A DNA stretch of 64,000 nt from positions 306,582 through 370,581 of the forward strand of contig JAYRXE010000037.1 in NCBI GenBank assembly GCA_041917695.1, read 5' to 3'. Positions within the stretch are counted from its first letter, which is position 1; each line of letters starts with the position of its first letter. The position numbers and the translations under genes were made by a program. Origin of the DNA: Minisyncoccota bacterium. GTDB lineage: Bacteria; Patescibacteriota; Minisyncoccia; UBA6257; GWB1-50-10. A model generated the notes under the pieces. It had not been told where the DNA came from. It did no database searches and worked only from the letters and a program-made list of their open reading frames with translations. Of the stretch, positions 10,406 through 20,299 are shown one piece after another.

Positions 10406-10840
10406 ATGGACTGTGAAATCTGCAAGAAAGAACCGTGGAGCGTTGTCCTCAGCATTCGTAAGGCGGACGGGAAGTTGAATACGCTTGCCTGTCTTCCCTG
10501 TGCCATGAACTCAAGCGCATATTGCCTCCTGCACGGCATGCCGCACCTTGGTTTTGAGGACGGTACCACGGCGTGCAGGGCATGCATTCGGGAAAAGGTA
10601 AGCGAGCTCTCGCTCGAGGAAATGGATCTGATGTACGGGATTATTGAAAGATCCCTGCCTGAAAATGAATATGAGGCATTGGAAGAGGCGATTGAAACAT
10701 CCGCCATGCTTACGAGAGCGGACGAAGCGGAAGCGCTTTACACGTTCATCGTTTCAAAGGCTCTGCGGTACCGGGAGAATCCCAAGGACATTTTCAACCA
10801 ACTGCTCCGCGGGCAATCCGCCGCATATTTATTAACGTAA
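10406..10840 (+). CDS. Hypothetical Cys-rich (putative Zn-binding) protein, accessory module
   Basis: CEIC, CLPC, CLLH, CRAC; own TTGACA 10343/TATTTT/AG 10379 promoter; hairpin 10843-10864. Confidence 0.7.
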   Translation: MDCEICKKEPWSVVLSIRKADGKLNTLACLPCAMNSSAYCLLHGMPHLGFEDGTTACRACIREKVSELSLEEMDLMYGIIERSLPENEYEALEEAIETSAMLTRADEAEALYTFIVSKALRYRENPKDIFNQLLRGQSAAYLLT

Positions 10841-10862
10841 AAAAACCGCCGAATTCGGCGGT

Positions 10863-11510
10863 TTATACTTTCTCCGTTCCGGCAAGCGTAAAATCCCCGA
10901 TGCGCGTCCGCCGAAGTTCGGTGAGCGTTGCGGGAAGATGAACGAGCTTTCCGATTTCTTCCGCAAGGGTGCGAATGTAGGTTCCGCTCCCGACGTCGAA
11001 CGTTATTTCCGCGCGTGCTTTCCCGTCGTGTATTTTGAAACTCCTTATTTCAGCGCTCCGCACCTCCATGACCTTCTCCGGTGGCGTGAATTCTTCGCCC
11101 GCGCGGGCGAGCGTATAGAGCGCCTTTCCGCCCTGTTTTATGGCGGAGAATTTCGGAACCGGGAACGAATTCCGCCCTTCGATTTTTTTGACGGCGGAGG
11201 CGAGCATTCCTTCGGTGAGGAGGGAGGCATCTTTTTCCTCAAGTATCTTTCCCGTTATATCTCCGCTGTCCGTCCGAATGCCGAAAAGGACCTCCGCCTC
11301 GTAGGTCTTGGGGAGCTTCAGGTAGTCCGAAAGCAGTTTGGTGCCCGTTCCAATCCCTATCACCATGAGGCCGGTGGCGTTCGGGTCGAGGGTGCCCGCA
11401 TGGCCTATTTTTACCCTCCCTAAACGCCTTTTTAAGGCTCTAATTACGTCATAGGAGGTGATTCCCTTCGTTTTATCTATCAGTAGGATTTCCGGGGCGT
11501 TTTGGCTCAT
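10863..11510 (-). CDS. truB: tRNA pseudouridine(55) synthase
   Basis: KIGHAGTLDPNATG, SGTYIRTL. Confidence 0.95.
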   Translation of the reverse strand: MSQNAPEILLIDKTKGITSYDVIRALKRRLGRVKIGHAGTLDPNATGLMVIGIGTGTKLLSDYLKLPKTYEAEVLFGIRTDSGDITGKILEEKDASLLTEGMLASAVKKIEGRNSFPVPKFSAIKQGGKALYTLARAGEEFTPPEKVMEVRSAEIRSFKIHDGKARAEITFDVGSGTYIRTLAEEIGKLVHLPATLTELRRTRIGDFTLAGTEKV

Positions 11511-11597
11511 TTTGAGGGGTTATTAGCCTCATTCAAGGCTAAAAAGGGGGAGGGGGCAAGGCACCTCGAAACCCAGGCTACAAGCTACGACAAACTA

Positions 11598-11697
11598 TTG
11601 ACAAATAGTCAATAGTATAGTAGTATACGGCTAGGTAATTTTAACTTAAAAAACAAGTTTTTAAACAAAATTAAAAAACTTCATAAGGAGAAGAAAA
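11598..11697 (+). promoter_or_regulatory. Module promoter and leader
   Basis: TTGACA-17-TAGTAT-6-AG, TTAACTTAA, AAGGAG SD. Confidence 0.75.
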
Positions 11698-13029
11698 ATG
11701 AAAAAAGCATTTGTATGCATTTTCGCTTTATTGGCAATGATGTTCGCTTCCGTTGCTTCTGCACAGAGCGACAACAATCCCAGTAATCCCAAGTATGTAA
11801 AATCTGACGGCACTTTTGATTTTCAAAAGTTCCATGCAGATAACCCAGGTTCGGGTTCGGTGAATGGCGACAATCCGCCTCCGCCGATGGATTTCACAAA
11901 CTCACCGTATTCCCTGTATCAGAATTACTATGCCGGAGTGAATTACGGCAGTGTTAATCCTTCCAGGGACACCGGAACGGGAATGTACGGAATGGCAACC
12001 AGGGTAAATGTATCATGGACTGGCAACGGTTCATTTTATCCCCACCTTGGATTAATTCTGAATCTTCCGAACACATACGGCGTACGCCCGGTTTCTGCAG
12101 GGATGCGCGTACTGTATGCCACAACAAACGTTTCCAATTACAATGATTTCGATCTGAGGTTCGTGATGGGAGTTCGCAATGATGTGGGTGGAGCGGATAC
12201 AAACATAAGCTCAACCATGATTCAAACGCTTGGTCCTCAGCAGGGAATTGTTTGGAGAGTGGTGCAGGGTACGTTAAGCAATCCTTCAGGCGGTGCTTGG
12301 AAGCAGTGGGTTGTAGCAGCCCATTCAGGCCTGTCATTCAACAATACCAGGATAGCTGAGTGGTACATGATTGGCTGGGTGGTGATGCCGAACGGCGATA
12401 CCATCTGGACCGACCCGGGTAACGGAAATTTTTCAGTTCCGCCGCTTGCTACAGGCCCGTTTTATCCCACCCTTGGTGCGATAAACGTACCGATAAATCC
12501 GGTATGCTTTAACTGGATGAATGTAGCTGGGATACGTTACAGACTTCAGGTTTCAACTGACCAGAACTTCCCGGCATGGGCAATTGTTTACGACCAGATC
12601 GTAGACGCTCCGCCAACCTGCGTGTATGGGCTTGTTACGGGATTGACGTACTACTGGAGAATAGCAACTTCATATGAACCCAGCGGTCCGTTTGGCGGTT
12701 GGGTAACGTTGTACTTTACGGCTGGCAATCCAGTTGGAATAACGCCAATAAATGGTGAAATTCCGAAGATGTATGCATTAGGCCAGAGCTATCCGAATCC
12801 GTTCAATCCTTCCACGAAGATTAAGTTCGACGTGCCAAAGGAAGGCAACGTGAAAATCAGCGTGTATGACATAACCGGAAAAGAGATGAAGAACCTCGTA
12901 AACCAGGCTGTGAAGCCCGGCACGTATGAAATTGATTTCAGCGGTTCAAATCTTTCAACGGGCGTGTATTTCTACACCATGATAAGCGGTGACTTTGTCC
13001 AAACAAAGAAAATGATGCTGATTAAGTAA
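11698..13029 (+). CDS. Secreted protein with C-terminal T9SS type-A sorting domain
   Basis: Signal peptide ending ASA-Q; YALGQSYPNPFNPSTKIKF..VYDITGKE..LSTGVYFYTM..TKKMMLIK; lower GC than flanks. Confidence 0.85.
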   Translation: MKKAFVCIFALLAMMFASVASAQSDNNPSNPKYVKSDGTFDFQKFHADNPGSGSVNGDNPPPPMDFTNSPYSLYQNYYAGVNYGSVNPSRDTGTGMYGMATRVNVSWTGNGSFYPHLGLILNLPNTYGVRPVSAGMRVLYATTNVSNYNDFDLRFVMGVRNDVGGADTNISSTMIQTLGPQQGIVWRVVQGTLSNPSGGAWKQWVVAAHSGLSFNNTRIAEWYMIGWVVMPNGDTIWTDPGNGNFSVPPLATGPFYPTLGAINVPINPVCFNWMNVAGIRYRLQVSTDQNFPAWAIVYDQIVDAPPTCVYGLVTGLTYYWRIATSYEPSGPFGGWVTLYFTAGNPVGITPINGEIPKMYALGQSYPNPFNPSTKIKFDVPKEGNVKISVYDITGKEMKNLVNQAVKPGTYEIDFSGSNLSTGVYFYTMISGDFVQTKKMMLIK

Positions 13030-13107
13030 AGGTATTAGTTTAACCATGGCCCCCTCATACGGGGTCATTTTTTTATTCATCGCCCTATGATATTCTGAGA
13101 ATGAACA

Positions 13108-13884
13108 ATGGAAATACGGAATCTTCTCTCGAATTGGCTGCCGCAGGTGGCGTGGAACGTGTCGCTCTGGGGAAATTCCCTTCTTGATTACGCGACTGCC
13201 CTTGCGGTGTTCATCGTGTTCCTGGTCGGATTGAAAATTGCCCAGGCGGTAATCCTTTTTGCGCTCCGCCCCGCGGCGGGCAAAAAAGACAGTGCCGGCA
13301 ATATGTTTCTTACCATCGTCAAAGGCCTTCGTCCGCCTTTTTATTTTTTCCTGGCGCTTTATTTCGCGCTCCAGGTCGTTCATTTCAATTCGTTTGCGAA
13401 GAAGGTAGTAGATGCCCTTATCCTGATTTGGGTGGTGTACGAGATCGTCCACGCCTTCAGGGCGTTTATAGATTTCCTTATCCACCGCAAATTTGAGGAC
13501 GACCGCGACGGCGAATCGCGCCAAACGGTCGGCGCGCTTATGATCCTGGCGCACATATCGCTCTGGCTCATCGGAACTCTTTTTGTCCTTTCAAACCTCG
13601 GCGTGCAGATCAATTCGCTTCTGGCGGGCCTCGGCATCGGCGGTATCGCCATCGCCTTCGCGATGCAAAACATCCTTGCCGATATTTTCAGCTCATTCGC
13701 TATTTATTTCGACAAACCGTTCCGCGTCGGCGACCGCATCAAGATCGGCGACGACGAGGGGGTAGTCGAACGCATTGGCGCCCGCACGACGCGCGTCCGC
13801 GCCGGGACGGGGGAAGAAATCGTCATCGCAAACCGCGAGCTTGCCACCGTCCGCATCCGTAATTTCGGAAGAAAAACAACCTAA
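13108..13884 (+). CDS. MscS family mechanosensitive channel
   Basis: LLAGLGIGGIAIAFAMQN..DKPFRVGDRI. Confidence 0.9.
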   Translation: MEIRNLLSNWLPQVAWNVSLWGNSLLDYATALAVFIVFLVGLKIAQAVILFALRPAAGKKDSAGNMFLTIVKGLRPPFYFFLALYFALQVVHFNSFAKKVVDALILIWVVYEIVHAFRAFIDFLIHRKFEDDRDGESRQTVGALMILAHISLWLIGTLFVLSNLGVQINSLLAGLGIGGIAIAFAMQNILADIFSSFAIYFDKPFRVGDRIKIGDDEGVVERIGARTTRVRAGTGEEIVIANRELATVRIRNFGRKTT

Positions 13885-13885
13885 C

Positions 13886-15151
13886 ATGAAAAAAACAAAT
13901 TTATCCCTTGAACCGTACAAAGGCACGCGGGATTTTTATCCTAAGGACGAATTCGTCCAGGAATACATTTTCCGCACCATGCGTTCCGTCGTGGAGCGGT
14001 ACGGATATGAGCCGTACAACGCTTCCATTCTCGAAGAAGCCGATTTATACCGCGCGAAATCGGGAGAGGAGATTGCGAACGAACAGACCTACCTCTTTAC
14101 CGACCGCGGGGGACGGGAAGTCGCCCTGCGTCCGGAAATGACTCCCACGGTCGCGCGCATGATCGCAAAGCGACGTCAGGAGCTCGGTTTTCCGGCGCGA
14201 TGGTACTCCATCCCGAACGTTTTTCGCTACGAACGCCCTCAGCGGGGACGGTTGCGGGAACACTGGCAATTGAACGCCGATATTTTCGGGGCGTCCGGCC
14301 TCGAAGCGGAAATCGAACTTATTGAAATGGCTTCCGATCTCATGAAGGCATTCGGTGCCAAGGAAAAAGATTTCGAGATCAGAGTGAACTTGAACAGCCG
14401 CGATTTCGCGAAACTCATCGCGCATGACCTGGGCTTCCCGGAAGAGGAGTCGGTGAAGTTGATGCGTCTTATCGACAAGCGCGGGAAAATGCCCGCTTCG
14501 GAATTCCAAGCGGGAGTGAAAGAGATGTTGGGCGATAAATCGCGCGACCTTTTTGCAATTCTCGATGCTCCCGATCCGGTCGATCCGGGCCTCATCACTC
14601 TTCTTATGACACTTCGGCGGCGCGGCATAAAAAATGTCCGGTTCTATCCGTCGCTCGTACGCGGGTTCCAATACTACACGGGAAACGTGTTCGAGGTCTT
14701 TGACACGAACAAGGAAAATCCGCGCTCGCTTTTTGGCGGCGGGCGTTACGACGAGCTTCTCGATATCTTCGGGGTGGAAAAAGTCCCTGCGGCGGGTTTT
14801 GGCATGGGAGATGTTACCATCCGGGATTATCTTGAGACGCACCGCCTCCTTCCGAAATATGCCCCAAAAACCCAGCTGTATATCTGCCGTATGGGAGAAA
14901 CGCGGGAATTCGTTGAAGAGACCGCGCGCTATTTCCGGGAGAAAGGATTGAACGTCGGCGTCGATCTGACCGACCGGAAAGTCGGCCTCCAGATGAAGTC
15001 TGCGTCAAAACTCCGAATCCCGTTCGTTATGGTTATCGGGGAAAATGAAGCCAAAAAGGGCGTCCTTCCGCTCAAAAACATGGCTACGGGGAAGGAGACG
15101 AAAATGAAGAAGGAAAAAATAGTCGAATATATACAAAAAAATACGCACTAA
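13886..15151 (+). CDS. hisS: Histidine--tRNA ligase
   Basis: KGTRDFYP, LRPEMT, FRYERPQRGRLRE, GGGRYD. Confidence 0.97.
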   Translation: MKKTNLSLEPYKGTRDFYPKDEFVQEYIFRTMRSVVERYGYEPYNASILEEADLYRAKSGEEIANEQTYLFTDRGGREVALRPEMTPTVARMIAKRRQELGFPARWYSIPNVFRYERPQRGRLREHWQLNADIFGASGLEAEIELIEMASDLMKAFGAKEKDFEIRVNLNSRDFAKLIAHDLGFPEEESVKLMRLIDKRGKMPASEFQAGVKEMLGDKSRDLFAILDAPDPVDPGLITLLMTLRRRGIKNVRFYPSLVRGFQYYTGNVFEVFDTNKENPRSLFGGGRYDELLDIFGVEKVPAAGFGMGDVTIRDYLETHRLLPKYAPKTQLYICRMGETREFVEETARYFREKGLNVGVDLTDRKVGLQMKSASKLRIPFVMVIGENEAKKGVLPLKNMATGKETKMKKEKIVEYIQKNTH

Positions 15152-15154
15152 AAT

Positions 15155-15514
15155 ATGACTCTTGATATCAACGGTTCGAAAGTGGATATGACTCCGTCCT
15201 TGAAGAAGTACGCGGAGATGAAAATGGGAGCGCTTGCGCGCTTCGTGAAGCATTTTGAAAAGAATGCGGAAGCGCGGGTGTACCTTGAACTCGCCCGCTC
15301 AACGAAGCACCACAAGCGGGGCGACGTATTTTATGCGGAGGCGACGTTGCGCCTTCCCGGCAAAACTTTGCGTGCGGAACATGCGCATTCCGACATCCGC
15401 TCGGCAATCGATGTCGTGAAGAGCGTGCTGGCGGAAGAAATAAAGAAGTTCAAAGAAGCTTCGAGCAGGAAATCGCAAACGCGCAAGACGCGCCGTACGC
15501 GCGAACGCGAGTAG
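15155..15514 (+). CDS. raiA: Ribosome hibernation factor HPF/RaiA
   Basis: MTPSLKKYAEMK..TLRAEHAHSDIRSAID. Confidence 0.85.
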   Translation: MTLDINGSKVDMTPSLKKYAEMKMGALARFVKHFEKNAEARVYLELARSTKHHKRGDVFYAEATLRLPGKTLRAEHAHSDIRSAIDVVKSVLAEEIKKFKEASSRKSQTRKTRRTRERE

Positions 15515-15567
15515 GTTCCCGGCGCTTTCAAAAATAGTGATATTCAGCTATCGTTAATTTAATTCGC

Positions 15568-17127
15568 ATGACTAAAAAGAAATTGTTCACGAAACGAAAC
15601 ATTATTATCGCCTCCGTGGGGGGCGTCGTCCTTATCGGCGTCATTGCGGCAATCATTGCTTCCTCGAAACCCAAGGAATTGAAGGTCGGGAAAATCGAGC
15701 GGGGGACGGTCGTCCAGGAAGTTTCCTCGAGCGGCAAGGTGGTTCCGGCGGAGAATATCGAATTGGCCTTTGAGAAATCCGGCCGAATCATCGGCGTGTA
15801 TGCCAAGGTTGGCGCGAAAGTGTCGAAGGGCGCTCGGCTCGTCGAACTTGAAAACGGCGATTTGAAAGCCCAGCTTGCCCAGGCTCAGGCAAACGTCCGC
15901 GCCGCCGAAGCCCGGCTGGCAAAGCTCGAAGCGGGAACCCGCCCTGAGGAGATTCGCATCAAGGAGACTGAAGTGGCAAAAGCGCGGCAGGATCTCGACA
16001 ATCTGTACGGCGAAGTGAAGGATATCGTAAACGAGGCGTATTCGGACGCGGATGACGCCGTTCGTTCGAAAATCTCAGACTTATTTGTAAATCCCGACGC
16101 TTCGAACGTCCGCTTAAGCTTCCAAACGACGAATTCCCAGGCTGAAATCGACACCCTGTCCCTCCGAGTAAAAATCGGCAAGGAATTGGCGGATTGGCGC
16201 AGCGAGCTTTCGCGTCTTTCGTATAGCGCGCCTCAAGATGAGCTCGCGAAGGCTCTTGATTCAGCCCGGGTGCGTGCGGGAATCGTAAACGACCTGCTTA
16301 CCCGCTCGCTCGACGCCGTCGAAGGATCGCAGACGCTTCCCGAAGCGACGAAGACGACCTATAAGACGAATATCTCTTCCGCCCGCACGAATGTGAACGG
16401 GTCCCGCGCTTCGCTCACGACCCAAATCCAGTCAATTTCTTCGCAGAAAAGCACGGTTACCCGGATAGAAAACGAACTCGCGCTTGCCCGCGCAGGTTCC
16501 ACCAAAGCGGAGCTCGATGCGGAACGGGCGAACGTCGACGAAGCGCGCGCCAGTGCCGCGTACGCCTCCGCACAGCTTGAAAAGACCATTTTGAGGGCGC
16601 CCTTCGCCGGCACGGTGACAAAATCCGAGAAGAGTGCGGGCGATATCGTCGCCGCGAACGAAGGCATTATTTCGCTTATCGGCATGGGCAAGTTCCAGGT
16701 TGAAGTGAATATTGCCGAGTCGGATATCACCCGGGTGAAAATCGGGAATCCGGCGCGCGTGACGTTCGATACCTATGGCACCGAGAATGTGTTCGATGCG
16801 ACGGTCGTGAAGGTGGACCTTTCGGAAACCGAGATCGACAACGTGGCGACTTACAAGACGGTTTTGGAGTTTACGAAAAGCGATGACCGCATTATTTCCG
16901 GACTTACGGCAAACGTCGTAATCGAGAATGAGAAGCGCGAGAACGTACTGTACGCCTTCACGAGAAATGTGAGTACCCGCGACGGAAAATCGTTTGTAAA
17001 ACGGCTTACCAACGCGGAGACGTTCGAAACCGAGGATGTAGAAGTAAAGACCGGGCTGCGCGGTTCTGACGGGAGGACCGAAATCATCTCCGGCATTGCG
17101 GAAGGCGAAGAAATCGTTATTCAATAA
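15568..17127 (+). CDS. Efflux periplasmic adaptor (HlyD/MacA family)
   Basis: ELAFEKSGRI..VGAKVSKG lipoyl half, long coiled coil, LRAPFAGTV. Confidence 0.85.
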   Translation: MTKKKLFTKRNIIIASVGGVVLIGVIAAIIASSKPKELKVGKIERGTVVQEVSSSGKVVPAENIELAFEKSGRIIGVYAKVGAKVSKGARLVELENGDLKAQLAQAQANVRAAEARLAKLEAGTRPEEIRIKETEVAKARQDLDNLYGEVKDIVNEAYSDADDAVRSKISDLFVNPDASNVRLSFQTTNSQAEIDTLSLRVKIGKELADWRSELSRLSYSAPQDELAKALDSARVRAGIVNDLLTRSLDAVEGSQTLPEATKTTYKTNISSARTNVNGSRASLTTQIQSISSQKSTVTRIENELALARAGSTKAELDAERANVDEARASAAYASAQLEKTILRAPFAGTVTKSEKSAGDIVAANEGIISLIGMGKFQVEVNIAESDITRVKIGNPARVTFDTYGTENVFDATVVKVDLSETEIDNVATYKTVLEFTKSDDRIISGLTANVVIENEKRENVLYAFTRNVSTRDGKSFVKRLTNAETFETEDVEVKTGLRGSDGRTEIISGIAEGEEIVIQ

Positions 17128-17194
17128 GTCCTTCTCGGGCAATAAAAAATCTTCGGATTCGACATCCATTCCGAATCCGGTGTAGTTTTAAACC

Positions 17195-17908
17195 ATGCGA
17201 ATGAACCGTTTTTATTTCCCCATTCGGAATCCGAACCTTTCCGTCATGCGGCTGGACGACCGCGAGCTTATCCACCAGATGAAGGACGTGTTTCGCATGC
17301 GCGCGGGGGACGAGTTCGTCGTCATGGACGGCAAGGGGAATGAATATGGCTGCATGCTTGAGGAATTTACGAAAAACTACGCGCAGGCGAAAATCCTTGG
17401 AAAGAAGAAAAGCCTTCCTGAATTGAGCGCCGAACTTTCACTTTTTTGCGCGGTCTTGAAGCGTGAAAATTTTGAGCTCGTCGTCCAAAAGGCGACTGAA
17501 TTGGGGGCGAGGCGCATCGTACCTATCCGCACCGCCCGGACGGTGAAATTGAATCTTTCCCTTCCGCGCCTCAAGAAGATTGCGACGGAAGCGGCTGAGC
17601 AGTCGGGGCGGGGCGTTATTCCCTCGGTTTCCGACATAATGGATTTTGCCGATGCGGTGGAAATAGCGAAAGAGAACGAAACCATTTGTTTTTTTGACGG
17701 GAGCGGAAGCGCTCCAAAGAAGAAAATCGGAGAGGTAAAGAGCGTTGCGCTTTTCATCGGTCCCGAAGGAGGGTGGAGCTCCGAGGAAATGGAAGAGGCC
17801 CGCGAGAGCGGTTTTGATTTCGTGAAACTTGGTTCGTTCACGCTCCGCGCTGAGACGGCGGCGATATTAGCGTGCGGCATGTTCGCGTATGGGCAAAAAG
17901 ATCGATAA
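17195..17908 (+). CDS. rsmE: 16S rRNA m3U1498 methyltransferase
   Basis: QKATELG, EAAEQSGR, IGPEGG, LRAETAA. Confidence 0.95.
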   Translation: MRMNRFYFPIRNPNLSVMRLDDRELIHQMKDVFRMRAGDEFVVMDGKGNEYGCMLEEFTKNYAQAKILGKKKSLPELSAELSLFCAVLKRENFELVVQKATELGARRIVPIRTARTVKLNLSLPRLKKIATEAAEQSGRGVIPSVSDIMDFADAVEIAKENETICFFDGSGSAPKKKIGEVKSVALFIGPEGGWSSEEMEEARESGFDFVKLGSFTLRAETAAILACGMFAYGQKDR

Positions 17909-18530
17909 GTTTCTTTTGGAGCGGAAGCGGCGTGCGCGGAAGATTTTCAAAAAGTTGGAAAAGCTTTTTCCCGACGCCGGAATGATTCTTGATTATTTGA
18001 ACGATTGGGAACTCATGGTTGCCGTCCAGCTTTCCGCCCAGTCTACCGACCGCCAGGTGAACAAAATCACGCCGGCGCTTTTTAAGAAATACCCGCGAAT
18101 CGAGGACTATGCGAATGCGCGGGCGTCCGAGTTCGAGCGGGATATTTTCTCGAGCGGTTTTTACAAGGCGAAGACCCGGAATATTTTGGGAGCCGCGAAA
18201 TATCTCCTTCTGCATCATCAGGGCCGGCTGCCGAAGACCATGGCCGAAATGGTGAAGATTCCCGGCGTGGGGCGGAAGACGGCGAATGTCGTCTTAGGGA
18301 ATGCGCACCAAGTCGTGGAGGGGATAGCCGTCGACACGCACGTGAAGCGCCTGGCGCAGGTCTTGGGCCTTACAACGCAAAAGACTCCCGAGAAGATAGA
18401 AAAAGATTTGATGGCGCTTTTCCCTCAGAAGGATTGGTTTCGGCTCACCTATTTGCTTATCGAATACGGCCGAAATTACTGTACGGCGCGGAAGCACAAC
18501 CACGAGCATTGCCCGCTGTATAATATTTGA
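17889..18530 (+). CDS. nth: Endonuclease III
   Basis: LSAQSTD, HhH PGVGRKTANVV, AVDTHV. Confidence 0.93.
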   Translation: MGKKIDKFLLERKRRARKIFKKLEKLFPDAGMILDYLNDWELMVAVQLSAQSTDRQVNKITPALFKKYPRIEDYANARASEFERDIFSSGFYKAKTRNILGAAKYLLLHHQGRLPKTMAEMVKIPGVGRKTANVVLGNAHQVVEGIAVDTHVKRLAQVLGLTTQKTPEKIEKDLMALFPQKDWFRLTYLLIEYGRNYCTARKHNHEHCPLYNI

Positions 18531-18602
18531 GGCGGAACGCTTTATTGACAAAAAGCACAATTAGTGCTTTTTTAATTTCAGTACTAACTTAATAAATTTA
18601 AT

Positions 18603-19128
18603 ATGGTAGAAAAACTTGTTTCACGGATGGGATATATTCCGTTGGATAATTTATTAGATCCCACGTTCCAACAAAAAAAGGATTCACCGGCTCTTTCGAA
18701 AAAAGTGAAGTTCATAAATGAGCCTCCTGATAACCTTCTTTTTAAACGGGAATTCCTTTACTCAAAAGAATTAGAAAACGGTCATTGGCTCGTAATTCCG
18801 GGACTTGATCGTTGCATAGGCATTCTCTTTGTCCTTGAAGAAAGAGATGGGCTTGGCTTCATGGCTTTTCATGCGTTGCCGCTCAAAGAGTTATGCTGAA
18901 AACCGTGATTTATATAAATTTTCAATTATGAATTATGTTTTTCCGATCGTTCATAGCTTGAGGGGCACGAATGCAACCATCATACGGGTGTTGCCGCAGG
19001 AGAATGTTCGGGAAACGACAATTCTCGCAAACAAGGATTGGTTTGCTGTGCTTCAATTTCCAAAAGAGGGACGCATGGTAGGGGGAATAAGAGGCTCCAC
19101 AAGAACCCCGCATGCGTTGCTCGGTTAA
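18603..19128 (+). pseudogene. Probable frameshifted accessory gene (CheD/YfiH-like Cys-His motif)
   Basis: Overlapping ORFs 18603-18899 and 18829-19128 between one module promoter (18545) and one terminator (19134). Confidence 0.45.
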
Positions 19129-19133
19129 TTAAC

Positions 19134-19166
19134 AAAGCCCCGCCGAAAGGCGGGCTTTTTTTATTT
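19134..19166 (+). terminator. Module terminator
   Basis: AAAGCCCCGCC-GAAA-GGCGGGCTTTTTTT. Confidence 0.85.
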
Positions 19167-19410
19167 CCAGAGCCTATATGAGGCAATGCCAGTATTTTCA
19201 GGGAATTTTAGCGGGGGAATGCCGTTTCTTGGCGCAGTAAGAAGCAATGGAAAGACAAGTCTCAAATTGGATATAGGCAGATACGCAATATGGGGAGCAA
19301 TGCTCCCTTTTTTGTTTTTCTAGCGATAGTTAATAGGAGACTGAGCCAAAGAGCGGGAGGTACCTCGACGGAAAAGCGATTCTTTCATGCCATTGCGGTA
19401 TGCTTATGGT

Positions 19411-20049
19411 ATGAAGTACAAAGGGATTATTTTCGATATGGATGGGGTGATTTCTGATACGCAAAAGCTCCATTCGCAAGCTGAGTCCGATATACTCGCT
19501 CAATACGGGGTGTCGCTTACTCCCGCTGAAATATCGCGGAGATATTCGGGGGTGAAGACATCTGAATTCATGGCAGACTTGCTGAAAGGCCAAAAGGATA
19601 CCGTGGATATGGCGGCTCTCATGGAAAATAAAAGAGCGCAGATGAATAAGCTCGCCTCCGGTGGTATTGACCCAATTCCAGGAATATTTGAGCTTTTAGC
19701 CTATCTCAAAAATTGCCATATGAAGATCGGTCTCGCTTCAGCATCCGGAAGAGGCTTCATAGACCTCGTTCTCGATCATTTGAATATCCGTTCATATTTT
19801 GATGCTATCACGAGCGCCGAAGAGGTTTCGCAGGGGAAGCCCGCCCCTGACATATTCCTGCTTGCCGCAAAAAAGCTTGAACTTCAACCCGGGGATTGCA
19901 TCGTCATCGAAGATGGAATAAGCGGGATGACCGCCGCAAAAAAGGCAGGCATGAAATCCGTTGGTTTGGTTCCCAAAGATACGGATATCGAATACCCCGC
20001 GGATGTAATCATTAATTCCCTTGATGAATTTCCCGCCCTATTGGTTTAG
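19411..20049 (+). CDS. HAD family phosphatase (beta-PGM-like)
   Basis: IFDMDGVISDT, GKPAPDIF, IEDGISG. Confidence 0.92.
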   Translation: MKYKGIIFDMDGVISDTQKLHSQAESDILAQYGVSLTPAEISRRYSGVKTSEFMADLLKGQKDTVDMAALMENKRAQMNKLASGGIDPIPGIFELLAYLKNCHMKIGLASASGRGFIDLVLDHLNIRSYFDAITSAEEVSQGKPAPDIFLLAAKKLELQPGDCIVIEDGISGMTAAKKAGMKSVGLVPKDTDIEYPADVIINSLDEFPALLV

Positions 20050-20097
20050 CAAGAGACAAGGGGATTTTTAAAAGCAGCTCTAAAAGCTGCTTTTAAT

Positions 20098-20299
20098 TTA
20101 GTGCCCGGGGAGGGAAATCTCACAAAATTTCTTCCGCTATACAGCAAAAGAAATTTTTAAGAACCCACGTTTCTTAAGGGATTTCCTCAACGGGAGACCA
20201 CATGTTCTCCCGACCCCACTCTTGTTCGAGTCCTTCCCAAAAGAAAAATTTAAAAATAGCCCGTGAGGACTATTTTTAGAATTAGTGCCCGGGGAGGGA
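20098..20299. repeat. 18-bp direct repeat of the tRNA-Leu 3' end flanking a structured ~184-bp element
   Basis: TTAGTGCCCGGGGAGGGA at 20098-20115 and 20282-20299. Confidence 0.75.
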
